A stretch of DNA of 64,000 bases from positions 45,076,001 to 45,140,000 of the forward strand of contig NC_058368.1 in the NCBI RefSeq assembly GCF_018350175.1, read 5' to 3'. The position numbers and the translations under genes were made by a program. The notes beneath the pieces are model-generated. The model had not been told where the DNA came from. It did no database searches and saw only the letters and a list, made by a program, of their open reading frames with translations. This document shows, in pieces, positions 12,727-26,009 of this stretch (positions are counted from its first letter, which is position 1; each line of letters opens with the position of its first letter). Source of the DNA: Felis catus. Its lineage: Eukaryota.

Positions 12727-15700
12727 ATGGCAATAAATACATATCTAGTGATAATCACTTTGAATGTAAATGGGTTAAACACTCCAATCAAAAGACAAAA
12801 CATAAAACGGATAAAAGACCAAAAGCCATCTATATGGTGCGTACAAGAAATCCATTTGAAAGCTAAAGACACCTGCAGGTTGAAAGTGAGGGGATGGAGA
12901 AACATCTAACATGTAAATGGATGTCAAAAGAAAACCAGAGCAATACGATTTATATGAGACAAAACAGACTTTAACCCAAAGACTAACAGAAAACGAAGAA
13001 CACTGTATAAAAATAAAAGGGACAATCCAATAAGAAGACATAAAATTGTAAATGCTTATGCACCAAATATAGAATAAGTGAAATATATAAAATAGTTAAT
13101 AATAAACATAAAGAAACTCATCAATAATAAGTACAATAATACTAGGGGACTTACTTAAATCAATAGACAGATCATCTAAACAGAAAAATAACAAGGAAAC
13201 AATGGCTTTGAATGACACACTGGACCAGATGGATTTAACAGATATATTCAGAACATTCCATTTTATGACAGCAGAATACACATTCCTTTCAATTGCACAT
13301 GAAACATTCTTCAGAATAGATCACATATTAGGTCATAAAACAAGTGTCAACAAATTCCAAAGACTGAAGTCATACCATGCACATTTTCTGACCTCAAAGC
13401 TATGAAATAAGTAGTGAACCACAAGGAAAAATCTAGAAAGACCACGAATACATGGGGGTTAAATAACACATTCATTAAACAATGAATGGGTCAACCAGGA
13501 AATAAAAGTAGAAATAAAAAAGTACATGTAAACAAATGAAAATGAAAATGCAATGACCCAAATCTTTGGGATTCAGCAAAAATAGTTCTAAGAGGAAAGT
13601 TTATAACAATACAGACCTACATCAAGAAGCCAGAAAAAGCTCAAATAAATAACCTAACCTTACACCTAAAGGAGTTAGAAAAAGAACAACAACAACAACA
13701 ACAACAACAACATCAGCAAAAGGAAGGAAATGATAAATATTAGAGCATAAAACATGCTACAGAAACTAAAAAAACAATACAATGGACTAATGAAACCAAG
13801 AGCTGGTTCTTTGAAAAAAATTAACAAAATTGACAAACCTCTAGCCAGACTTATCAAGAAAAACAGAGAAAGGGCTCAAAAAAAAATCACAAATGAGAAA
13901 CCAGCACCATAGAAATATAAACAATTATAATTGAATGTTATAAAAAAACTATATGTCAAAAAATTGTACAACCTTGGATAAGGATAAATCCTAGAAACAT
14001 ATAATCTACCAAAACTGAAACAGGAAGAAATAGAAAATTTGAACAGACTAATTACCAGAAAAAAAAAAAAAAAATTGGATGAGTAATCAGAAACCTCACA
14101 AAAACAAAAGTCCAGTACCAGACAGCTTCACAAGCAAATTTTACCAATCATTTAAAGAAGAGTTAATACTTATTCTTCTCAAACTTTTCCAAAAAATAGA
14201 AAAGTAGGGAAATTTTCCAATTTCGTTCTATGAGGCCAGTATTACCTTCATACCAAAACCAGATAAAGACACCGCAAGAAAAGAGAATAACAGGCCAATA
14301 TCTCTGATGAACACTGATGCAAAAATCCTCAACAAAATACTAGCAAACCGAATCCATCAATACATTAAAAAAAAATCATTCACCACTATCAGGTGGGATT
14401 TATTCCTAGGTTGCCAGGGAGGTTCAATATTCACAAATCCATCAAAATGATACATCATATTAATAAGAAAAAGAATAAGAACCATATGATCATTTCAATA
14501 GACACAGAAAAAAAATTGACAAAGTACAACACCCATTCATGATAAAAATCCTCAATAAAGTAGGATTAGAGAGTACATATCTCAACATAATAAAGGCCAT
14601 ATATTAAAAATCTACAGCTAATATCATCCTTAATGGGGAAAACTGAGAGCCTTTCCCCTAAAGTCAGGAACAAGAAAAGGATGCTTACTCTCACCACTTT
14701 TATATAACAGTACTAGAAGTGCTAGCTATAGCAATCAAACAACAAAAAGAAATAAAAGGCATCCAAAATGGTAAAAGAAGCAGTAAAATTTTCACTATTT
14801 GCAGATGACATACTATATATAGAAAACCCAAAAGACTCCATCAAAAAGCTACTAGAATTGACAAACAAATTCAGCAAAGTTGCATGATACAAAAATCAGT
14901 GCACAGTAATTTGTTACATTTCTATAACCCAATAATGAAGCAGCAGAAACAGAAATTAAGAAAAAAAATCCCATTTACAATTGTACCAAAAATAATAAAA
15001 TACCCAGGAAAAAACCTAACCAGAGAGGTAAAAGACTAGTATTCTAAAAACTATAAAAGAGTGGTGAAAAAAAATGGAAAGACATTCCATTATCATGGAC
15101 TGGAAGAACAAATATTATTAAAATGCTTATATGACCCAAAGCATCATACACATTTAATGCAATCCTTACCAAAATAACAATAGCATTTCTCACAGAACTA
15201 GAATAAACAATACTAAAATTTTTTATAGAACAACAAAAGACCCAGAATAGCCAAAGTAATCTTGAAAAAAAAAAAAAAGGCAAAGCTGGAGATATCACAA
15301 TTCTGGACTTCAAGTTATATTACAAGCCTGTAGGAATCAAAACAGTATGGTACTGGCACAAAAACAGACACATAGATCAATACAGCAGAACTGAAAACTA
15401 GTAAGTAAACCCACAAGCATATGATCAATTAATCTTTAACAAAATGGGAAAGAATATTCAATTGGAAAAAATAGTCTCTTCAACAAATGGTGTTGAGAAA
15501 ACTAGACAGCAACATGCAGAAGAATGAAACTGGACCACTTTCTTACAACATACACAAAAATAAATTCAAAATGGATTAAAGATCTAAATGTGAGATCTGA
15601 AACCATAAAAATCCTTGAGTAGAAAAAAAAATCCTTGAAGAGAACACAGTCAGTACCTTTCTGACATGGGCTTTAGCAACTTTTTTCCAGAAAAGTCCCA

Positions 15701-16690
15701 TGAAGCAAGGGAAAAATATAAAAATAAACTATTGGATATACATCAAAATAAAAAGTTTCTGCACGGTGAACAAAACAATTAAAAAAAAAAAAAAAACTAG
15801 GGGCACCTGGGTGGCTCAGTCAGTTGAAATGTCCGACTTTGGCTCAGGTCATGATCTCACAGCTCGTGAGTTCAAGCCCCGTGTCGGGGTCTGGTGGATC
15901 TGGTGCTGACAGCTTGGAGCCTGTACCCTGCTTCAGATTCTGTGTCTCCCTCTCTCTCTTCCCCTAACCCACTCGCATTCTGTCTCCGTCTCTCTCAAAA
16001 ATAAATAAACATTAAAAAGAAAAAAAAAACAACTAAAAGGCAACATACGGAATGAGAGAAGATATTTGCAAGTGGCATATCTGCTAAAGGGTGAGTATCC
16101 AAAATATATAAAGAACTTAGAAAACTCAACATCCAAAAAGTAAATAGTTTAATTAAAAAATTGGCAGAAGACATGAACATAGATTTCTCCAAAGAAGACA
16201 TCCAGATGCCCAACAGACTCATGAAAAGATGCTCAACATCACTATCATCAGTGAAATGATATCAAATGGCAATGAAATACTACCTTACACCTGTCAGAAT
16301 GGCTAAAATCAACACAAGAATCAATTGTTGGTGAGGATGTGGGGAAAAAGGAACCTTTTTGAACTGTTGGTGGAAATGCAAACTGATATAGTCACTGTGA
16401 AAAACAGTATGGAAATTCCATACAGTTAAAAATAGAGTAATTGTATCACTGGGTATGTACCCAAAGAATACAAAAACACTAATTCAAAGGGATACATGGG
16501 CCCCTCTGTTTATAGCAGCATTATTTACAATAGCTGAGATATGGAAGCACACCAAGTGTCTATCAACTGATGACTGGCTAAAGAAGATGTGGTATCTTTA
16601 TACAATGGCATATTATTCAAGCATAAAAAAGCATGAAATCCTGCCATTTGTGAGGACATACGGGGAGCTATACAGTATAATGCTAAGTGA
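12727..16690 (+). pseudogene. L1 ORF2p remnant (APE endonuclease + reverse transcriptase), many stops and frameshifts
   Basis: TLNVNGLN, MDLTDIFRTFH and RIDHILGHK endonuclease motifs; TTTGCAGATGAC (FADD); C-terminal fragment 16455-16690. End approximate. Confidence 0.9.
15800..16020 (+). mobile_element. Can-SINE inserted in L1 ORF2
   Basis: GGGGCACCTGGGTGG head; A-rich ...AACTA flanks on both sides. Confidence 0.95.
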
Positions 16691-17055
16691 AAGTCTGAGA
16701 AAAATAAGATATGGTTTTATGCATACGTGGAATCTAAGAAACAAACTGAATGAGCAAAAGGAAAAAAAGAGAGACAGAAAGAGACACCTAAGAAACAGAC
16801 TCTAAACTATAGAGAACAAACTGAGGGTTACCAGAGGGGAAGGACGTGCAGGATGGGTTAAATAAGTAATGGGGATTAAGGAGAGCACTTGCCATGATGA
16901 GTACCAGGTAATATATGGAACTGTTTAATCTCTACATTGTACACCTCAAACTAATATAACACTGTACATTAACTAACTGGAATTAAAATAAAAGCTTAAA
17001 AAAGAAATAGAAATCTCAATCATTTAGAAATATTAGGATATCTTCCAGAAAATAT

Positions 17056-17138
17056 TAAAAGAGAAAAAAAACTAAAACTAAAAGAGAAAAAAACTAAAAC
17101 TAAAAAAAATAAAAACTAAAAGAGAAAAAACTAAAAAC
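17056..17138. repeat. A-rich minisatellite, ~22-bp unit TAAAAGAGAAAAAAACTAAAAC
   Basis: About three imperfect copies just downstream of the L1 tail. Confidence 0.8.
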
Positions 17139-17927
17139 TGTTCTGAGGAACATTAATGAAAAGTAGAAAGAAAGAGGAAAAAGGAGTATATCTCAATAAA
17201 GTTAGAAATAAAAGGATTTTTAAATTATTTTCCATTACATTGTTAAATACATGTAATCTCATGTGCTAAAAACAAAATAAAAGCATACACATATAACAAT
17301 GACAACTACCACCACCAAAACAACAACAACAAAAAAGTACTTTCACAATGCCAAAGTAGTTGACATTTCTTTAGTGAAAAATGTTAGGACACCAAGGTCA
17401 ATGTTAAGAAAACATCATTTAGACAGGCAGGATCACAATACCACAGTAATTCATATCCTTAATGTAAGTACATATAGAAAACATTGAAAAATAAAATGTT
17501 TGTAATAAAATGGAATATGTTTACAACTAGCCTGGGAGAGCATAGGCTTATTTTGTAACTTTGTACTAATTTACATATTATTAAATTAGAAATTTATGTT
17601 TAAAAATTATGGATTTCTGCCTCTTCCGAGTATTACTTTAAAATTATTAGGCAATGCTAGGCTAACATGGATGGGGCTTGTGGTTTGTGAGGTGTGTGCA
17701 GTCAGACACTGGCAGAAAAAAGCAAATGGTCCACTGGGGGATACATGGCCCCACAGTCATTTATCTCAATTTGAGTCCCAGGAAAAAGAAAGAATGCAAA
17801 AATAACCAATGCTACCATTTCCCTATGCTTGTCTTGTTAGTTAAGATTTATTGTTCAAATTTATTCTTTATTAGACTTGAGTAGTGCTGTACTAGTAGCC
17901 TTATCAAAATACCAAAAAAAAAAAAGT

Positions 17928-18070
17928 GGGGGTTGTGCCTGAGTGGCTCAATCAGTTAAGCGTCCCACTCTTGATCTCAGCTCAGGTCATGATTTCACAT
18001 TTCGTGGGTTCGAGCCCTGCATCTGGCTCTGCATTGATTGCACTGATGGTATGGAGACTGCTTGGGATTT

Positions 18071-18114
<44 letters not shown>

Positions 18115-18134
18115 TCTCTCTCTCAAAATAAACA
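17928..18134 (+). mobile_element. Can-SINE with (CT)n expansion
   Basis: Head, B-box GTTCGAGCCC, (CT)n tract and tail. Confidence 0.9.
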
Positions 18135-18254
18135 AAAATACCTAGAAAGCACACCCAATGTAGCATTTCTTTATTAGTCATTTTGTAACATTTGTTATGT
18201 ATAAAAATAAAAATTCCTTACCTTTAATAACTAGGTCTTCAAAAACATTCTACA

Positions 18255-18442
18255 GGGATGCCTGGGTGTCTCAGTCCATTGAGCATCCAACTGTTGGTTT
18301 TGACTCAGGTTTGTGGGTTTGAGGCCCTCACTGGGCTCTGTGCTGATAGTGCAGAGCCTATTTGGGATTCTCTGTCTCCCTCTCTCTCTGCCACTCCTAC
18401 ATTTACTCTCTCTGACTCTCTCTCAAAATAAGTAAACTTAAA
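18255..18442 (+). mobile_element. Can-SINE
   Basis: TSD AAAA(A/G)CATTCTACA on both sides. Confidence 0.9.
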
Positions 18443-18710
18443 AAAAGCATTCTACAATTACAAATAGTATGATTAAGAATCCCTTTCACATTCTCTTATT
18501 CTTAACTTTTTGAATCATTAGTTTCCCTTAAAATAATAAAATATTTTAATTTAATAAAAGAATTGCAACAAAAGTTGACTGATACTATTAATAGTGATGA
18601 TTCTTAATGAAAATTGTCTTTTATTAAAACTTTGAAGTGTCAATTGAGAAATTGTAAAAGATTTAGAAATAAATATTTTCAGCAAATGTCCTTAAAGTTG
18701 TAGAATATAT

Positions 18711-18896
18711 AGATGCCTGGTTGGCTGAGTAGGTTAAGCCACCGCCTCTTGGTTTAGGCTGAGGTCATGATCTCTGGGTCTTAAGACTGAGTCCTGCATT
18801 GGGCTCCATGCTGGGTGTAGAAGGCCTAAGATTCTCTTTCTCCCTCTCCCCGTATCCCTCCCACCTCACTCTCTTTCTCAAAAAAAAAAAAAAAAA
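18711..18896 (+). mobile_element. Can-SINE (old carnivore type)
   Basis: TSD AAAGTTGTAGAATA at 18694-18707 and 18897-18910; polyA tail. Confidence 0.9.
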
Positions 18897-19732
18897 AAAG
18901 TTGTAGAATAGATTACTTTAAAGGGAATTATCCTCTAAGTACAGCATGTTTAAAATATGTGGGAACTAGCCCACACCATTAAAGATGCTCTCAGAAGAAT
19001 TCAAAGTGTGATTTTGTGTATCAATTTGACTTCATCTGGATCTGAAGTTAATTTAGTCTTAATTTAGCACATCTCTTGTGATGGTAATTAATTTGGATGA
19101 ATTTCTTCATGTTAAAATTGCAATTCTAATGTTAATAAATTGTCATAATTACATTTTCAATATGGAAATATAATTTTACATGTTTATATTCTAAGTTGAC
19201 AGGTATCACATAAGTCTAAAGTTAGGAAATTTTTTCAAAGAGTATGTAGAAAATGTTTTGGTAGAGATGCCTAAGGCAACTAATCTAACTGAATTCTAGA
19301 AAGCTGAACTAGACTTACATAATTTTATATATATTTATATAAAATATATCAATCTAAATTAATTAAACTGAATAAATGACTACACTTATTTGAATACTCT
19401 CAAATTTCTAGTGGACTGGCATAATTTAGAGAAAGACTATTTCAAAATATCATAATATGTAAAGATACCTATGCCATTGAAATTTCCAAATACAAATCCT
19501 TAAATTAGAAAATGCTTTTAAACCTACTCATGTTGATTTTTAATGATGTTAAAATTGATTTTTTTCTTATAATTAGGAAAGGATCTAAATATTTCAAAGT
19601 TGAAAACTTTAAATAAGGTTAAGCTGAAACATGTCCACATAAGTTTAAACTACAAAATAAATCCTCACTGTCATATGAGGTATTTCCGTGTAGTGTTAGG
19701 TGGATCAATACAGTTAGAAAATAAATATTCTA

Positions 19733-19931
19733 GGGGCACCTGGGTGGCTCAGCTGGTTAAGCATCCAAGTCTTGCTTTTGGCTCAGGTCATGAAATCACA
19801 GTTCGTGAGTTTGAGTCGCCCATCAGGTTCCATGCTCATGCTGCGGAGCCTGCTTGGGATTCTCTGTCTCCCTCTCTCTCTCTCTGCCCCTCCCCACCTC
19901 AAAATAAATAAGTAAATAAACAGTTAAAAAA
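19733..19931 (+). mobile_element. Can-SINE
   Basis: TSD AGAAAATAAATATTCTAG at 19716-19733 and 19932-19949. Confidence 0.95.
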
Positions 19932-20729
19932 AGAAAATAAATATTCTAGATAATAAAACAGCAAACATTTTACTGAATATTCTTGTCTTATTACTTGGTT
20001 CCTGGAAAAAAATTATGATTTCTGCATTTCATCAGATTAGTATAAAGTTTATCTAGTTTGGTTATACATGAAGACAGAAAAGAGAAGCATGTATTCTTTT
20101 GACCTAGAGTCAGGGATTTCTCTCTTGCCTTTGCCTGGTGTCCTCTTCTACCAGGAATATGCATCCCTTCTGAGCTCCTCACTTAGTTTGACACCATTCA
20201 TTCTATACTTAAACGTGACTTTTTCAGCATTGCTTTTTCTGACTATTTTGTGGAATAGCACAAGCCACCAGGCGCCCCCCCAATGTAGCCTGTTATCCTA
20301 CTTGATTTTTCTCCAAAGTAGATACCATTGTCTAAAGTACTAAATAATAATGTGGATGTTTTCTGTTTTTCTCCCCTAAAATATAAAATCCATGGCAGCA
20401 GGATGGTCTTTCATTTAGTTACTACCTTCATGCCATCCCTTGGAACAACATCTAGCATCCAGTCATTGCTCCATGTGTGTTCCTGAGTGAAAATAAAAGA
20501 AGGAAGAGAGGGACAGAGGAAAGCAGGAAGGAAGGAATGGAGGAGGGAGAAAGAGGGATAATGGTGAAAAAAGAGAGGAAGGAAAAAAGTATTAAAGAAA
20601 GAGAGAGTAAGGGAGGAAGGGGAAAAGGGAGAAAAGAAAGATACTGAGCTTAATTTTTATTATTTATGAAAATAACCTCTGATAAATATGTATCCAGGCT
20701 GAGATATGAAGAAGGCTTTGAATCTCTCA

Positions 20730-21130
20730 CAGTCTTATCAGGAATGAGATGGAACACTGAGATTGAAGCTGAGGAAAGTTACATGAAGAAACTAATTACA
20801 AAATGAAAAGAAGTGTGTGTGTAGGAAAACTGGGAGGCAGCACCCCAAGGTCAGTAACAGTGGAGTTCTGTAGTGATGCCTAGGACTGAAGGACTTGAAA
20901 GGAAACTGACCAAACCCTCCCAAGGAAAGCAGGCATCCTGGGCCACTGTCACAGGAAGAGATGTAAAGTAATAAATAATCTGACCACACTTGATACTGTA
21001 TTCCAATGTCCTTCTGTTGCTGCCCTTTTGTGGATTCCAACCAGAAGCCAAAGAACCAGGGAGGTGTTGCTGCAGGTTAAATTCCTGCTGAATATTGGAG
21101 AAGGGTAGATCTGCTGGGCCAGACAGATTA
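20730..21130 (-). mobile_element. Old ERVL LTR remnant (LTR33/LTR41-like)
   Basis: CAGTAACAGTGGAG...CCTAGGACTGAAGG...CCAACCAGAAGCCA motifs from recall. Confidence 0.5.
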
Positions 21131-21531
21131 ATGCACATTTAAGGAATTTGTTTACAAATCCTGTGCCTTATATCCAATTAGATGTACATATTTCGGAAGT
21201 TTTAGGCAAAATGTTAAGTCTCACAACCTCAAATAAGACTCTCTTTTAATCTCTACTAATGCTTTGTCCCAGGAATTTTTGTATACGTGCTATGACTTAA
21301 GCCCCTTTTTGATGAACTGAGTTTCAAATACTGTTTTCCATGCATAAGTCTATGAATTACTAGCTCAAAAAACACTCCATTTTTCTTAGATCTGGGACCC
21401 TAGGTTCTTCCCTGATTAGTCTTCCAGTAAGAATATTCAACTTCTCTCCCAAATTCCTACCTTGTAATTCTGAGCCCGATATTTTGAATCTTAGCAAGTT
21501 GATGGTTGACCACATGCTTCATTGAATTTTT

Positions 21532-21749
21532 TTTTAATTTTTTTTTCAACGTTTATTTATTTTTGGGACAGAGAGAGACAGAGCATGAACGGAGGAGGGG
21601 CAGAGGGAGAGGGAAACACAGAATGGGAAACAGGCTCCAGGCTCTGAGCCATCAGCCCAGAGCCCAACGCGGGGCTCGAACTCACGGACCGCGAGATCGT
21701 GACCTGGCTGAAGTCGGACGCTTAACCGACTGCACCACCCAGGCGCCCC
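21532..21749 (-). mobile_element. Young felid SINE
   Basis: CpG-rich; diagnostic CAACGTTTATTTATTTTTGGGAC; TSD CTTCATTGAATTTTT at 21517-21531 and 21750-21764. Confidence 0.95.
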
Positions 21750-21896
21750 CTTCATTGAATTTTTGTATGCCACTTTCTTCATAACTCTCTGATACCACAT
21801 TCTTCTAAACTTCCTGTTATTTTTCCTTGTTTCCCCTTCCTTTATTATTTTCTTTCTTAAAGTACAATTGCACTATGATTAATAACTGTAATAACA

Positions 21897-22108
21897 GGAG
21901 CGGCTGGGTGGCTCAATTGGTTAAGAGTCTGACTTCAGGTCCTGTCTTGTGGTTGATGGAGTCGAGCCCCGCGTTGTGCTCTGTGCTAACAGCTCAGAGC
22001 CTGGAGCCTGCTTCAGATTCTGTGTCTCCCTCTCTCCCTGCCACTCCCCCACCCATGCTCTTTCTCTCTCTCTCTCAAAAATAAATAAACACTAAAAAAT
22101 TTTAAAAA
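21897..22108 (+). mobile_element. Can-SINE (felid, older)
   Basis: TSD AATAA(C/T)TGTAATAACA at 21881-21896 and 22109-22124. Confidence 0.95.
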
Positions 22109-22224
22109 AATAATTGTAATAACATTATGAAGAATGACAGACATGTAGATAGTAATAATGTACCAGTCATTATTCAAAATAATTTCAAGAATTTTCTTTT
22201 AAGAGTCATACACTTGACCTTTCA

Positions 22225-22340
22225 GTGGTTACTGTTATTATCAACTATTTACAAATGAGGAAATTAAGACGAAGAACATGTAAGTACCTTGCTGGTCTCA
22301 CTGCTAGAAGGTGGTAGAGAATGGATTTTGACCTCATAAT
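22225..22340 (-). mobile_element. MIR core fragment
   Basis: TATTTACAAATGAGGAAATTAAG...TAAGTACCTTGC. Confidence 0.6.
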
Positions 22341-24151
22341 CTACCTAAATCCAGGATCTTAATAGATTTTCATCACTCTTTATAAAATTTTCTGACATGT
22401 TGGATGGAATTTTCTTCCACTTTTTATGGGTTCACCCCCGAAAGACTCATCCTTATCATATTTACATTGTTGGTAATATAGTTTAGTCTCAAAGTTTCCT
22501 TTGTGCTCCGCCCCTGCCCTCCTTCCCCACCACTGATAGACTTAATCAATTTATGGAAAATTATAAAATGTCAGAATTAACTAACAATAATTTCAAATGG
22601 ACTTGGAAAATAGAAATGTGCAATGCTTGCTTTTTATAATTTTTTGATAACTAGGTGAAAACGAGAGCAGGTGATCAAAAATTTATTAAAACCAAGAGCC
22701 GTCCCACAGATTTCCTCAACTTGTACAGATTCAATTGGGGATATTTTCTAGAATATGTACCAGCATATAATGCGAACCTCTTAGGTTAAAGTTCATGTAA
22801 ATTTCAAACAAACAAACAAAAAATGTTTGTTAGTAAAGCCTCTTTGAAACATTTCTTTTAACATCTGTCTTTTTTTCCTTCCTGTCCACCACTGTTTTTA
22901 TCAAGCATTTCACCAATCAGGAGAAATCATGATCCTTTTTTCATATGCTTTGCCTGTTGGGGTGCATGTTCCCCTCCGATGTTGTCTTATTTTTAATATA
23001 CCCAGTAAGAATGTGCTCAATATGGATGCTTATAGTACTTAGTTCAGTTTATTTACTAAAATTGTAAGCTGGAAGATTTTTGGTTCCAAATCTGAAAATA
23101 GGATAATAAATAAAAAATAAAACAAAACACAATTCCATCGCCTATTTCTCAATGGCTATTACCCTCTCCCCCTTCTAACTCCAGTTGAATTTTTAGTTTT
23201 CTCAAGATTAACTTCTCTGGAAGATATTCAGTTTTATATTGATATTCTATATATAATTTCAAATAAGGTTCTGTCTCTTTTTCTTCTTCTCTTTTTGCTT
23301 TGGCAGGCAAAGCACAGAGTTCCACCAACCAGATGGGACTTCATGAGGGGAAAAAGAAATAATGCTGTGTTTGGAACAATCAAATTGGTATGTGTGGTCT
23401 GAATGTGAAATTAAATCTGCCTTCTTGGTTTGATATCCCAGAGAGGAAAGAAGGAGGGAATTGAGGATAAAAAAAGAAAAGTTTCAGATCTGCCATCTTT
23501 GCACAAAATAGTCTAAATGCAACCCAAGACAGAGGAATAATGTAAGTGGGAAGACATCTGCGGGAGCTTTGTCACCTAAGGATAAACTAAAGATTAAATG
23601 CTACATATACTCAAAGTTTTCCATGATATGCTGTGGAATGTATCTGGTGATTCAGGGTTATTACCTGGTAGCCTGCACAAAGTAATACCTAAAAGTAAAA
23701 TTGCCAAGGAGAAATATATAGTAGACAGTAGAATAAAATACCAACTTCTACTCTAGGTGCCTTGAGCCCTTTATCAATCTTCTGGCTTTACCCCATCACT
23801 GTATTTCTGGAAAATAGTCCAGGATGAGCTCTTCCCATTCAATTATGTGTAGCAATGAAGAAAAAAAAAAAAAAAAAAGAACTATCTTGGAAACTGTATA
23901 AAAGCCCTGCACAGCTAAAGGGAAAAAAAAGGAGTGTGATAATGATTTTCACAGAAATAACCCAAACCAGTAAGACGACATTGTTAAAAATGTGGAAACT
24001 TTGATGTAAAACTATTGCTCATGAAATCTAAGAACTTAATGCAATATGGCCTGAGTATTTAAAGGCCTCAGAGAAGATCTGTTCAAGGAAGAGATTATAT
24101 AAAACCAGCAAGAGATCAGTTTTGAGCTTGCAGAGCTTAAGAAATGAATGA

Positions 24152-24154
24152 AAA

Positions 24155-24198
<44 letters not shown>

Positions 24199-24200
24199 GA
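24152..24200. repeat. (AAAG)n microsatellite
   Basis: Read directly. Confidence 0.95.
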
Positions 24201-24424
24201 AAGTAATCTGGAAATGAGGGTGATATTGTAATGGAAAGATAAATAAGGAAAGTACTCCATGGACAATCCAATCAGAAATATGTTGCAGTGGCAGAGAAGA
24301 GCAGAAAAGTGAGGTAAAAAAGAAAGAGAAGTGAAAATCATAAAGTGAGCAATAAATAGGAAGGGAGAAATTGATTCTGCATTGGAATAATTATTATCTT
24401 GAAGAAGAGAAAAGAACCAATTAA

Positions 24425-24427
<3 letters not shown>

Positions 24428-24486
<59 letters not shown>

Positions 24487-24503
24487 GAGAGAGAGAGAGA
24501 GAG
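24428..24503. repeat. (TA)n-(GA)n microsatellite
   Basis: Read directly. Confidence 0.95.
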
Positions 24504-26009
24504 ATGTTAAATATATAGATTGAAAGAAGAGAATCTGACTCCTGGGAAACATGATTCCAGCAGATTAATACAAACATAGTTTTAAAAAATTTTCTAGAAA
24601 TCATCAATAAAGAATTCTCTGAGTATCCAGGCCAGAAAATACACACACACAGGGAAAAACCTAAAAAGGAAAACATCAGGCTAGATTTAGATTTCTCCAG
24701 GGCAGCAGTCAGTGATAGAACATAGTGGAGCAAATTTCCTAAATCTCAGGAAAAGAAAAATCACACAGATTTTATTTGCAGTTAAAATCCCATCCAAGGT
24801 GAAAAGTAACAGAAGATGTGTTCAAATGTGCAAACCTGAATGAATTCGATGTACCCCATAGTTTCTTGAGAAAAATTATGAGGAAAAACAACTAGATAAG
24901 AAAAAGAAATAATACAACAAATAAAGGTGCCTGTAGTCACCAGCAGAGAAAGAAAAAAAGCAAAAAACAAAACAAAACTCTAAATACATCAGTTAGTTTG
25001 GAATACACTGAGGAATTGGATGCTCTAATACAATTTTTCTATACCTGTATATACATGTGTATATATTATTTTCTATTTCATCTTTATATTCGTGCATAGA
25101 GAATATATAAAAGTGTGAGAGAGAAAAATCTGTCCTCATGATTAATGGTAAAGTACATAAGCCTCTCATTGGCATAAAGAACAAGACAAGGTGATGACTA
25201 TTCTTATCATTTAACATTGTGGAAGTGTCAGCCGATTTTCTGACTCTATACTGTTATAAAAATCGGGAAGAACAAAAAATATTATCACAAAAGATATAAT
25301 CTGAAATATGCCCATTTGACTTACAAGAATTTGGCATTATAGGGGATAACTTTCCATGTTTTCTTTTCCTGCTGAGAGGCATGTCCTTGCAAGATTGAGC
25401 TCATGTGGCTTTCCCATGGCTTGGGAGCAGCTGAGCACAGAGAGGGGAGCGGCCAGGCAGTTATCTTCTCAGGTGAGTAGTTGACACCATGGCATTAAGG
25501 TCTTCTTTCAGACTACTCTAGCTTTGTCAGTGGAGAGTAGCTGCAATTTCATGCATCGTTTGCTTCGCTAATATTGATTTATTTTGTCTGTTCTTTTGTA
25601 TTCTTTTTGCATAAGAGTTTCAATTGCATAACCTATCACATGATTTTTTTGTTAACTACTGAAGAAATTGTAAACCAATAATGTCACTTATAGTTAATGT
25701 TCTAATGATGAAAATTGACCTAGGTTTGCTTTTCCAGAAACAAATTGCCATTTTAAGTAAGGGTTGGCTTAGATGTATATACTTGTGGAAACTAAGATGA
25801 TAAAATTTTTAAAAAGTAATTTAGTAAAGTGGGAAGTTACATAATTATTAGGTAAAAGTCAACAGTTTTCCTGCACTAAAACATCTTTTAGGAAATATAA
25901 TGGAAGGAATATTTGTATTAATAATAGTGACAGGAGAATAACATGTCTATAAATAAAGTTAATATTAATGGGAAACATTTAACCTTTGAGAGGTTATCAT
26001 CATGAATAA

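Larger units (their letters stand above)
10135..17002 (+). mobile_element. Full-length, decayed carnivore LINE-1 (5'UTR, ORF1, ORF2, 3'UTR, A-rich tail) with two nested SINEs
   Basis: ORF1- and ORF2-like peptides in order (MPDRNLKVMIIKI..., MAINTYLVIITLNVNGLNTPIKR, FADD codons at 14798-14809). 3'UTR ends ...AACTAACTGGAATTAAAATAAAA. Probable TSD AGAAATAATAATCT (10121-10134) / AGAAATAGAAATCT (17003-17016), 12/14 identical. Confidence 0.95.
23900..24900 (+). mobile_element. Very old L1-ORF1/HAL1-like remnant
   Basis: A-rich decayed ORF1-like motifs (AAAATTTTCTAGAA, ATCAGGCTAGATTTAGATTTCTCC). Family from recall; boundaries vague. Confidence 0.45.

Noticed and set aside
17056..17138. Repeat-spacer-like periodicity (CRISPR-like?)
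   Set aside because: Low-complexity A-rich tandem repeat without unique spacers, in mammalian DNA.
22654..22788. 44-codon open frame after TTTTTTGATAACTAG
   Set aside because: No good donor and no recognisable protein similarity.
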